Shown here piece after piece: positions 1-10,974 of a stretch of DNA of 64,000 nt. A program made the translations under genes and the position numbers. The notes beneath the pieces were generated by a model. That model was not told where the DNA came from. It saw only the letters and a list, made by a program, of their open reading frames with translations, and did no database searches. The DNA comes from Octopus bimaculoides. Its lineage: Eukaryota. The stretch is from NCBI RefSeq assembly GCF_001194135.2, contig NC_068981.1:74745478-74809477 (forward strand), read 5' to 3'. Each line of letters starts with the position of its first letter. Positions within the stretch are counted from its first letter, which is position 1.

Positions 1-114
1 GCGAACGTATTTAAGACACATGTATAGCTGTGTGCGCATGTGGACGATCGATGAACGTATGTACATTCATGCATTCGTATGTTAACGTATAAATGTGTAC
101 GTGTCGTGTGTGTG

Positions 115-142
<28 letters not shown>

Positions 143-147
<5 letters not shown>

Positions 148-533
148 TACAAGTTCAGGTTTATGCCTGTAATTATTGGAGCCCTAGGATATGTAACACA
201 CTGCCTAAGTACCAATCTTGAGAAATTAGGCTTCTCAAAACCAGAAAGGCGAAAGATAATTCGAAGATTACAGACTCAATTCATCATGGGAACTGTAAAA
301 ATCTGTAAAACTTTCCAGAAGTTTATCATTTAAATATATATGAGTATGTCTAGATATGCAACAATATGCATGAGAATACATACATAAAACATACAAATCT
401 GCACATACATACATACATACATACACACATACATACCCTGTTGTTGATGTTGAAATTCCAATGAAGGAACCTTGGATCTATGTTAGAAACTGGTTCTTTA
501 TTGGCAAGTAATCTTGAAATAAACTGAATAAGG

Positions 534-535
<2 letters not shown>
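143..535 (+). mobile_element. 3' end of R4/Dong-like RLE non-LTR retrotransposon (endonuclease C-terminus plus 3' UTR)
   Basis: Translates FMPVIIGALGYVTHCLSTNLEKLGF...GTVKICKTFQKFII*. Near-identical to 9640-9990 and 9995-10265, where the upstream CCHC and PD-(D/E)xK motifs are visible. Confidence 0.8.
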
Positions 536-567
<32 letters not shown>

Positions 568-571
<4 letters not shown>

Positions 572-1268
572 TATAACTTGGTATAAGAAGAGACAAACAT
601 TTAGATAATCATTTATATTTATGATTTACATTAACATAATAAATACATAAATACATACATAGATATAACATAAAATTACAGCAAGACAAAGAGCATATTT
701 ATATATTATTTAGAAAGAGATAAGAGTTATATGAGGTAAAAATGTACATGAAAATGGTAAATAAATTAAGGTTGATATATCGATTAAAATCATATTAAAT
801 TTAAATTTAAGGTTAAAGGGCGTTGAAATAAGGATTAAATGTTATAAAATACATCGGCTGTAGTGGGAAATCCTAATTATGGATTTAAAAGTTTAGAAGA
901 GTTCCGAAGAAATGCTTTATAGAGGGCTAAACGTCAATATAAAGCAATTTAAGAGCCGTTTCTGGAGTCCATTAGTCAACAGGTATGAATCATTTAGATT
1001 CACACTGACATGTCCCCTTCATCAGGAATAAGTAAATAGATAATTAATCAAGTTTGAAGACATTTAAGAGAAAGGAAAGAAAGGAAAGAAATGTTTGGTT
1101 ACATTACGTTAGTCATCGGCTACTCCATCAGATAGTAATATGCGCCTTGTCTTGTTGTAATTTTATGTTATATCTATATATGTATTTATGTATTTATTAT
1201 GTTGATGAAAATCATAAATATAAATGATTATCTAAATTTTTGTCTCTTCTTATACCAAGTTATAATGT
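568..1268. mobile_element. ~700 bp non-coding element with ~130 bp terminal inverted repeats (MITE/foldback, or inverted PLE repeat)
   Basis: 568-699 (acattataacttggtataagaagagac...gagcatatt) is the reverse complement of 1137-1268, with a few mismatches. Confidence 0.75.
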
Positions 1269-1425
1269 CTAACGTCTCGGGTTCGATCTGAGCACTACCA
1301 AGCAATCGAGTAAAAAAACTTTTTCGAAAGTAAAAAACAACATATATATATATATTGGATTTCTAAATCGCTCAGAAAGATTTATACAGTAGCAGCACGA
1401 TAAGGTGATGTTATGTTGCCAACAT

Positions 1426-1555
1426 AATGTGGCAGTCCCATGAAAGAGGAGAATGCTACTGCTATTTAACCCTAGGAAACACCGTTTCCAGTTGACCAGG
1501 ACACATTTTCTGTGTGCAGCAGTAGCATTCTCCCCTTTCATGGGACTGCCACATT
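1426..1555. repeat. 130 bp foldback with 38 bp arms and 1 mismatch
   Basis: aatgtggcagtcccatgaaagaggagaatgctactgct (1426-1463) versus agcagtagcattctcccctttcatgggactgccacatt (1518-1555). Confidence 0.9.
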
Positions 1556-1970
1556 TAGTATGCCTTGCCTCTTGTGAAAAACGCCACATCTTCTTTCTTC
1601 AAATACTCCTCCACATCCTCCTTAGTTGCGCACTCTATTCTTTTAGTTTTCTTTGAAAAGGATTTATATTCTACCACCGTAATTTCCATTTTCGCCTTTT
1701 CCTCCTCTGACAGGATCAACTTTCCATTTTGCCCCTCTTTCTGTATTATATCTAGATATTTTCCAAATTTCTCAGCCATATCTTCATTCCAGCGGATTTC
1801 GTATTGCTTCAGCAGGCCTGGAACGACGGAAGCCCGACTCCCCGTTGTTGTCGTATATGTCTTCATTTTCTTCAATGTGGCGTTATACTCAAAAACTACC
1901 GCAAAGCAGCACAAAACGATTCAACCAACAAAAAAACCGCAGCGAAGCCAAAACACGCCCGACAAGTAAA
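1555..1970 (-). mobile_element. 5' fragment of a retroelement ORF1-like sequence
   Basis: ORF ...ITVVEYKSFSKKTKRIECATKEDVEEYLKKEDVAFFTRGKAY aligns by eye with the plus-strand RTVVSKIYNIKEKKRIMEAKRK..V...VCYVSRG at ~2780-2900. Confidence 0.4.
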
Positions 1971-2589
1971 TCTTGCAACTATTGAATGAACAATTATTAA
2001 AACATTTTATTTAAAATGTAAGTAGAAAAGGAAAGTCGCGGTTCCGCCTCGGAGCGGGGCAGGAAATTGTTATTTAAAATGTAAGGTTAAAAAAAAAAAA
2101 AGGAGATCACGGTTTTATCTCAGAGCGGAGCCGTGATGACCGTCTCATTTTCATTGTAATTTAATTCATTTTACATTCACCCTTTCATGTGTTTTTTGTT
2201 CTCGCATGTCTGTGAATGTCCCAGCTGTGTTTAAGCCTTGTGCCTGTAATAAAGAATTCAGCTAGCAAGCCACGCCCTTTTCTTCGACACTTTTGGATAT
2301 TCGCTGCTACCAACGTTGTGTGAGTTCGTTCCTGTATATTGTATGTTACATTTTGTGTTTAATTTTTCTACTGTGATTTGAACTGCTGTTCGTTTTGGAA
2401 CTGTAATATTCGCCCTCAGAGGTAGAAAATTATGCTGGAATTTTTATTCCTGAAAATATTTTTTACTATTGAACTGTTTTATGTTAACCGTGTCAAGTTA
2501 CCAAATTTATTTTATTGTTGGTCATTTGTGACAAAGTTTTGAAAAAAAAAAGAAAAAAAAAAGAAAAAAAAAATTCACAATGAATCTTA

Positions 2590-4342
2590 ATATTGCGCAT
2601 CCTTTCCCATCTTGGGATGGGAAAGGATGCGCAAGTAACGACAAGGAAGAACAAATAGGAGCGAACGTACAGAATCAGAGGTCCGGATGGACCAGTTGTT
2701 TAAGTTTAGGACTTTAATAAAAAAAATGTGGCGGTGACACGAAACTGTTTCCGCCCCCGGAAAGAGTGCAGGCAATTAATGCCCGTACAGTTGTATCTAA
2801 GATATACAACATAAAAGAAAAAAAAAGAATTATGGAGGCGAAAAGGAAGTGGTAATGAGGTGTATGACACTAATATGGAATAAAGTATGCTACGTCAGCC
2901 GTGGAACGCGATGCGCAACCGTTGAAGCGCAGTTTCAAACGGCTGACGTAGCAAAAGAAGTGTCAACAAAGACACAAAAACGACGAAATTATGCTGCTAC
3001 CCACACACTTGGGCCGCAGAACGGCGAAAGTCACGGTAGAAGATATACCAGCTGGTTATGAAGTGATGTGGGTAGCAGCGGTGGTCATATATGACGTTGA
3101 AGAAGTATCCAGCTTGCAAATGAAGAGGAGGGACGCCGTAAACTGGTGAAGCCAGACAAACCAAACTCTGGAAAATTTACCCGATAGAGTACTTGCGGAG
3201 GAGGGGCTGACAATGCGAGTAGCTGTGGATGCGTCAAGTGTGGAGAGAAGGGTCACGTCTGCTCCAAGTGTACCAAAAAGAAAAAAATGAGAATGAAGCC
3301 TCTCCCCAGAAAGCTGCGAAGGAAACATTAGCAGACAGACCAGAAAGTACAGCAGAAGGGAAGGAGGAGAGAACAACGGAAGAAAAGAACCAAACTACCG
3401 AGGAGATGGAGTTTACGACGGTGACTCATAAGCGTAAGAAGGCACAAGTTCCTGATTCCCCTCCCCAAACAAACAAAAATAAAAAAACAAACACAAAACA
3501 CACAGACACACAAAACCAAACTCCACAGCCCAAGGCCACAGCAAGGCCATTTGTCAAACCCTTCCTTAAATTATATGTAAAAAACTATAGAGTTCCGGGA
3601 AAAGAAGGAGCCATTAGCGAGAGTCATTAGAGCACACCACGACACACGAGTGATTAGAGTAACGAAAAAAGCACGGACGGACGTTGGGTACGTAAAAATA
3701 AACGAGAAACTGTTTACGGATATGAAGGCGAGGTATCTGGAAGACATAACTTGGAGGGTGATAAGGTTTAGAAAGATTCATCCAGGTATAGAAAGATTCC
3801 ACCTTTTTGTCTCGTTTCTTCAGGAGAATTCGCGGCCTTCGGAATATAACTTCCAACATCGACAGGGCTTTACCTTCATAACACGGCGCACACGATTGCT
3901 AGTTCTGTCTCTGCAAAAGACTGCATCTTCTCCACAATCTGCTGTATCCACAATAAGAAACATGAGTTATCTTATTGCTACCACCAGAGGTACGCTCACC
4001 TGGTGAACTTCAAACTACTGGCCGCGGACAACCCAGATATACCACCTAAACATTGAAAGCACTTCAACACTGGTTACCCCAGACCCATTGGCAGGGCTTC
4101 TAACCATCGATGCCTACGCAAACCACAAGACGTCCTCACCTTATGCATACCCTGTAACACCCTACCTTCGCCTCTATAAATGTGAGCGTGCGCGCGCAAA
4201 CACTCGCTCACCATTCACACACACCTCTCCTCTCTTTCTTTTTCAATATACGCCACCAAACCTCAGCCCAACACCAATTTCCCTCAGCAATGCTGTTGAG
4301 ACTACATTAGTATACATCTGTCATGCTCCCATACATAAATAC

Positions 4343-4350
<8 letters not shown>
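2590..4350 (+). mobile_element. Degenerate ORF1/gag-like retroelement with a CX2CX4HX4C knuckle; no pol found
   Basis: Frameshifted reading ...LLPTHLGRRTAKVTVEDIPAGYEV...LENLPDRVLAEEGLTMRVAV / CVKCGEKGHVCSKC (~3227-3270), then a basic linker EFTTVTHKRKK and a further frame with CCIHNKKHELSYC. Ends at a (CA)n tract. Confidence 0.65.
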
Positions 4351-4377
<27 letters not shown>

Positions 4378-4770
4378 TACAAGATGGAGTGTACTTGTGA
4401 GTGAGGCCTTGCTAATGAGATATATTCTCTATTTTTTAATGCAGTCATGAATACTTTTGTGTGTAACTGAAGCAAAGTTCCAGATGTATGAGATCGATTG
4501 CATTAATCGCCTCGTTTGAGCTTTGCTGAGAGTCGGAAGTTCTTCAGATGTGAAATATTTCATGACTCTGAAACAGGATGCTATGCTTTGTGTTGCAGTC
4601 TTTTACATGTTGTGAATGTAAAATCAGCAGAGGAGACAATCATTGACTTTGAATCGTTGCATTTGTAGTAACTTTGTGAGAACTTGTAAGGTAAAATGTC
4701 GTTTCCTTGCAACAGGGTATAAATGCCAAAGATGTATTCTTTCGTTTTTATGTCGCGTGTATAAGGCAAA

Positions 4771-5160
4771 ATGGGTGGAGGCGCAATGGCCCAGTGGTTA
4801 GGGCATCGGACTCGCGGTCATAGGATCGCGGTTTCGATTCCCAGACCGGGCGTTGTGAGTGTTTATTGGGCGAAGACACCTAAAGCTCCACGAGGCTCCG
4901 GCAGGGGATGGTGGCGAGCCTGCTGTATTCTTTCACCACAACTTTCTCTCACTCTTACTTCCTGTTTCTGTTGTGCCTGTAATTCAAAGGGTCAACCTTG
5001 TCACACTGTGTCACGCTGAATATCCCCGAGAACTACGTTAAGGGTACACGTGTCTGTGAAGTGCTCAGCCACTTGCACGTTAATTTCACGAGCAGGCTGT
5101 TCCGTTGATCGGATCAACTGGAACCCTCGTCGTCGTAAGCGACGGAGTGCCAACAACAAA
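4771..5160 (+). mobile_element. Full-length tRNA-derived SINE with a 21 bp TSD
   Basis: A box tggcccagtgg, B box ggtttcgattcc. TSD atgtcgcgtgtataaggcaaa at 4750-4770 and 5161-5181. Confidence 0.9.
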
Positions 5161-5421
5161 ATGTCGCGTGTATAAGGCAAATGATAAATCAGACATTATA
5201 CAGCGAAGGATTTGATTTCAGCTCTACAAATAAAAAATGTTCTGATAAAGTTAACATATTTATATTTTGTGCCTGAGATAGACGAGAATGTTCCCAGTAA
5301 AGTCCAGCGTCTGATTAAACGATAGAAATCTTTAAAATGTTTCTGGTCATTGGACTTTCATGTATTTTGGCGCTTATTGCAATTAAACAAAACACCAATT
5401 ATGATTAATACTAGGTGGATT

Positions 5422-5661
5422 ATAAGGCGGCGAGCTGGCAGAAACGTTAGCACGCCGGGCGAAATGCTTTGCGGTATTTCGTCTGCTGTAACATTCTGAG
5501 TTCAAATTCCGCCGAAGTCGACTTTGCCTTTCATCCTTTCGGGTTCGATTAAATATGTATCAGTTACGCACTGGGGTCGATGTAATCGACTTAATCCCTT
5601 TGTCTGTCCTTGTTTGTCCCCTCTGTGTGTAGCCCCTTGTGGGCAGTAAAGAAATAAGAAA
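5422..5661 (+). mobile_element. tRNA-derived SINE family A (cctttcatcctttcggggtcgat core), tail type 2
   Basis: Head ggcggcgagctggcagaa, B box gagttcaaattcc. 16 bp TSD taatac(t/c)aggtggatt at 5406-5421 and 5662-5677. About 10 related copies in the window. Confidence 0.9.
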
Positions 5662-6036
5662 TAATACCAGGTGGATTGTATAAGGGAAAATTAAGTTTTT
5701 TTCCCAAGGTACGGCAACAAAGTCTGATGATAAAGTCAATCATATAGGCACTTAAGGAACTCTTCCAGTTCCCTTTTCTACTGAATAGTAGAGGCAATCC
5801 CTTATGTTGACAGATTCTTCGATCATGATTTAACGATGCATTACGGATGTCTATATGACAATTAAATTACTTTTTGTATCTGCTGATATTTACACGATCT
5901 TTTGATACACACTGCTTCAATACAAAAAGTCTACATCTAAATAAAGTTAATGGAAACTACTATTTATTTGCTTGCACAGCAAATAATATTCCAGAATGTG
6001 TAACTTTTTTTAAAGCAGTATTTTACCTGCAGCAAC

Positions 6037-6152
6037 ATGATACTTATTTACTCAATGCTATTGACCTGCTGTCTGTATTTTACAGCATTTGTAGTAACAA
6101 TGCACACGTCTAAAAGAATTGATCATGACTGCTACAGGCCTTACAGTTCATT
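6037..6152 (+). CDS. Candidate first coding exon of a secreted protein (signal-peptide-like)
   Basis: Acceptor ttttacctgcag|caacATG. Reads MILIYSMLLTCCLYFTAFVVTMHTSKRIDHDCYRPYSS. Donor tt|gtaagc. No homology recognised. Confidence 0.3.
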
Positions 6153-6231
6153 GTAAGCTTTCTTCCATTGTCTCTTTATTAAAACAGTTCAGTTGCAGTA
6201 CACCCCCCCCACACATATAAATTCACATGCA

Positions 6232-6267
<36 letters not shown>

Positions 6268-6624
6268 ATATGTGTTCGTGTGCGTGTATACATATGTATA
6301 CATGATGAATGATGATTGCCTCATCTCATCAGATGATAACCGTCTCTCAATCGGCCTGATAGTTCTGATTTACTTTCACCCTTGCATGTGAGCGGATATA
6401 ACTTTTCAGACATCACCATGCATCCATCGCCATATGACTTTCTAAAATACAAAACAAATTAAGAAATGAAATGATTGCGAGACTCCTGTACGTCAATGGA
6501 TTTAAACGACAAAAACTTGTACTACACTTTTTCCACTCTCTCGGTCGCCATAGCAGGTTCCAATGACAATGTATGTCACTGGATTATACATACGTACGTA
6601 CATACATACATGCATATATATATC

Positions 6625-6716
<92 letters not shown>

Positions 6717-7593
6717 TCAAGATAATATTTTACATTTATTTAATACATTCTTACGCGTATTTCATTAATGAAAATTTCTGATAGGCGAAGAATTATTTCA
6801 CAGTAAGGTTACATCATTCTATCATCAGAGATTGTATAGCAGACGTAAAACAGTTGCCTTGAGGCTTCTTATAACAGTCTGACCTCGGCAATATTTTGTG
6901 CTCATCTCCACGACACTTAACTTTCGAATACTGCCATCATAAAGATTTATCACAGTTTAGGGACAATTCGTTACTCCAGACATCAGTAGCGATATTGTTG
7001 TTTAGCCTATGGCCAGCTCTGATCCAGCAGATCTATGATAAAAAAAAAACAAAAAAACAGATTAACTATGACTATTCCATCCCTTTTGTTGCTTAATAGT
7101 TTATCTGTGAGCACATTATATCATATGTCCGTTTCCAAGACAATTATATGTGAGTTGAGAGAAATTTTGATGCTGGATTTTGCAGGCAGAGTTCCATCCT
7201 TGGAACATCAGCAGCAACATTATTTAGCAAGTGATTAGCTATTTAGTTACTTCTTAAGACTGAGATGAGTTCAACACACTCAGTGTTAAAAAGAAAGAAA
7301 AGAAAAATCAACTTGCATTAGACTGGAATCTTATCCCGAGGGAGAGATTTATCACTGATTCACTCAACACTACGAAACGTATGAAGATTAGCATCAAGCT
7401 ACGCAGATCACTGTGATTTCAAAACGGATTAGCTTAGAATTTATTTGATAGATTCGATCAGATAGATAATATTCAAAAGCTACGACGAAACAAGAAAGCA
7501 GGCAAGTCGTATTATAAATCGATAGATCTAATATTAAGTCAGCATATAAGAAGGAGATTGATGAGTACTACAATGTGATTATTATAAGCATAC

Positions 7594-7778
7594 ATGTTAT
7601 TGATGTCTGTGACTCCGTTGTTTTTGATTGTCAGTTCTGGTAAATCATTTCCATCCACGAATATATAAGAAATACCAAAGAGCATTTTGTCATGTGGAAC
7701 AGTTCGAGGTGCAGAATGTATGCTGGAATTTCGAGATATAATGGATGCATGTTCAAACATTTCGGAAATATACACCGT
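7594..7778 (-). CDS. Candidate internal exon with weak cadherin-repeat-like similarity
   Basis: Acceptor cttcatatttttaag|, open frame TVYISEMFEHASI...GISYIFVDGNDLPELTIKNNGV, donor at|gtatgc. The DxD and DxNDN motifs are absent. Confidence 0.2.
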
Positions 7779-8096
7779 CTTAAAAATATGAAGATCACAT
7801 CGGATAATGTAGTACTATATATACTTGAAAAATATAAGGACCGTACAGACCTGTGATCAATGCTAACAAGGTGCTAAATAACATAAACAACGAGTAGAAC
7901 AATTTTTCTGGTTATACTACATCTGTTAATCCCGTGATGTTGATTTCTATATTCCTCATTTAATATATTCGTTCTACAATTTAATTTAAATCTAATTCCA
8001 ATTCTATTTAATAGATTCTTTCGTGCAAGCTAACAGAGGCGGGTATATAATGTAAATGGTATTTGTCCGTTGGATTATTTCCAACAACATCTATCT

Positions 8097-8218
8097 TAAA
8101 ATTGTAATTTTCCGGAGTATTAACCACATCTTCAGAATGTATATTTACAATATTTACATCTACATTACATTTATACACTCTAAAGCTGAGGTTAATAGTC
8201 CGGAAAATTACAATTTTA
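8097..8218. mobile_element. Mini-MITE/foldback with 28 bp arms, TA at both ends
   Basis: taaaattgtaattttccggagtattaac (8097-8124) versus gttaatagtccggaaaattacaatttta (8191-8218); 1 mismatch. Confidence 0.75.
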
Positions 8219-8629
8219 TTAACAATAACAACAGTAGCAACGTTAACAAAATCAACAAAAACAACAGCAACAACAATGAAAACGACAACACAAGCAACAA
8301 CAACCATGGCAATAACAATTGCAAGAACATATCTCAAACATTTAGGCTTATAAACTTTTAACTTGTGAGTGACATATTTAAACTTGCTAGTCGTGAGGTC
8401 TGCTCTGTAAACTGTCTTTTCTGGAAAGTTGTCAGTGAGATTTTTCTCTGCTTCTTGTCTGCTACACCGGATATAATATACAGAACTATATTAAAAAGAT
8501 TGAGCACGTCTTTTCTCAACTGTCTAGGCTCGTTTCACGTTTTTTCTCATTTTTTTCTCAAGACATACAGAAACCATTCATTTACAATAGCATTCCTATC
8601 AGGTATACACTTAACTTGATTATATCCAA

Positions 8630-8745
8630 AGGCACACGTGTGACTGTGTGGGTATGAAGTTCATCTCAGAATCACATGGTTTCGGGTTCACTCCTGCTGT
8701 GCAGCAATTTGTATAAGTGCCTTCTACTTTAGCCTCTGGCCAAAC
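8630..8745 (+). mobile_element. SINE family C, 5' fragment
   Basis: cacatggtttcgggttcactcctgctgtgcagcaatttgtataagtgccttctact matches the head of the family C copies. Confidence 0.6.
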
Positions 8746-8792
8746 AATACTATTTGAGACCCATTACACACATACGTACGTACATACATACA

Positions 8793-8826
<34 letters not shown>

Positions 8827-8849
8827 CATACATGCATACGTACATACAT

Positions 8850-10265
8850 AGCGATCATATCTCTTCGGCAACATCTTTTAACCACTAAATGTCGAAGTGC
8901 ATCCCTTGACCAAGTTTGCATACATGAGGCTGATAACATCATAAGACTTGGAAGGCAGCTCCTTGAGCAACATTCTTTATCTGATAACCTAGAATACATG
9001 CCCAAAGAAGTCGCACGATTCTACTGCAACGTATCATCAGATGAAAGAATGAGCCTATATGAGCAGAAGACTATGCATGGATATGTTAGTAGAAAGCTCC
9101 GTGATGATAGTAACATCGACCATCAAAGCAGTTTATTATGGACCAATAACCGGAGTATTACCTCTCACTTTGAAGGGTTTACGTTTGCAACCAGGAAAGG
9201 AAATATCAACCAAGTACCTGATGCACAAAAGAAAAGCAGTGAAATGTGACAACCGATGCAGACTTTATGGAGTTCACACTGAAGATAACACCCACGTCAT
9301 AAGCAGTTGTCCGAAAATGTCATTACGGTATTGTCTACCGATGAGACATGATATTGTAGCTAGGACACTATAACGAACTCTGTCGGAAGGATAACCCCGA
9401 GGACAAAGAAATAAGAACCCACAATATGGTAGAAGCCATTGCCACTCATAATAAAAAGGAGTACTGATTGAATGTCCCAGTGAATACTTCAATAAAATGT
9501 AAGCATAACAGTGCTGATATAATGATTTGGGATAGAGATGAGAAACTGTGCATAGTTGTAGAAATTAGCTGCCCAGCAGATGTTAACATAAAGCTGAAGA
9601 TCAGTGAAAAAGAGAACACCTATAGAGATTACAGGCTTATAACCATAATTATTGGGACCCTGGGATATGTAACACACTATCTAAATACCAATCTTGAGAA
9701 ACCAGAGAGCAGAAAGCTAATTCGAACGCTACAGATCCAATCCATCACTGGAACTGTAAAAATTTGTAAAACTTTCCAGAAGTTTATCATTTAAATATAT
9801 ATGAGCATGTCTAGACATGCAACTATATACATTAGAATACATATATAAAGCAAAACGTACAAATCTGCGTATATACATACATACAAAGAAAAATATCCTG
9901 TTTTCGATGTTGAAATTCCAATGAAAGAGCCTTGAACCTAGGTTAGAAACTGGTTCTTTCTCTATTGGCATGAAATCTTGAACAATGATATACATGTCAA
10001 TCTTGAGAAACTAGGCTTCTCAAAACCAGAACGGAGAAAGGTAATTCGAAGACTACAGATCCAACCCATCACTGGAAATGTAAAAAATTGTAAAGCTATA
10101 TGCATGAGACTACTTTCATAAAACAAAACGTACAAATCAGCACATATACACACATACATACAAAAATACGCTGTTGTTGATGTTGAAATTTCAATGAGGA
10201 AGCTAGGCTGGAAACCGGCTCTTTCTCTATTGACAAGAAATCTTGAAATAAAACTGAATAATGAC
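8850..10265 (+). mobile_element. 5'-truncated R4/Dong-like RLE retrotransposon pseudogene with a duplicated 3' end
   Basis: CCHC-type motif CRLYGVHTEDNTHVISSCPKMSLRYCLPMRHDIVART; RLE motif KHNSADIMIWDRDEKLCIVVEISCP; C-terminal IIGTLGYV. A second 3' end lies at 9995-10265. Confidence 0.88.
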
Positions 10266-10374
10266 ATACATACATACTCACATACAAACACACGTATGTA
10301 CGTATATAAATACGTACATTCATACACACATGTATGCGCATGTGTGTTGTGCTGGTTTTCTTACGTACCTGTAA

Positions 10375-10510
10375 CTTAGCTGTTTGATAAGATAAAGCAA
10401 CGGAACAAGCACCAGACTTAGAAATAAGCACTGAGGCAATTTGTTCGACTAAATCCTTCAAATCAGTGCCCAGTGAGACCATAATCCAATGACCTACAAG
10501 TAAAAGATTA
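10375..10510 (+). mobile_element. SINE family C, 3' fragment
   Basis: taacttagctgtttgataag...gttcgactaaatccttcaaatcagtgcccag matches the family C tail. Confidence 0.55.
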
Positions 10511-10612
10511 AATTATACGTTTAATTCTCCATTAAGTACGCATTGATATATATAATGTTATAATAGTTCCAACGCTTATCAACAGCTTATATATATATAG
10601 ATATATAAATAA

Positions 10613-10862
10613 ATGCGCTCTTTTAAAGCCTAGTCAGGCTCATAGGCTAGGCTTCCGGTTTCAATGGCGTATGTGTTCCCCAGCTGGACGGGACGCCAGT
10701 CCATCGCAGCGTTACTCATTTTTGTCATCTGAATGGACTGGAGCAACGTGAAATGAAGTGTTTTGCTCAAGAACACAACGCGTCGCCCGGTCCAGGAATC
10801 GAAACCACAATCTTACGACCATGGTGCTGACACCCAAACCACTAAGCCACACGCCTCCGCCT

Positions 10863-10865
<3 letters not shown>
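10613..10865 (-). mobile_element. tRNA-derived SINE family B (CORE-like)
   Basis: Reverse complement of the 20016-20265 copy; carries A and B boxes and gttgtgttcttgagcaaaacactt. Confidence 0.9.
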
Positions 10866-10943
<78 letters not shown>

Positions 10944-10974
10944 CACACACACAAACACACATATATACGTATAT

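Noticed and set aside
2017-2313. Possible solo LTR (tg start, aataaag, ca-like end)
   Set aside because: No second LTR, PBS, PPT or TSD could be identified.
4771-4850. tRNA-like heads here and in other SINEs as tRNA genes
   Set aside because: They have A and B boxes but no complete cloverleaf, and they continue into SINE bodies.
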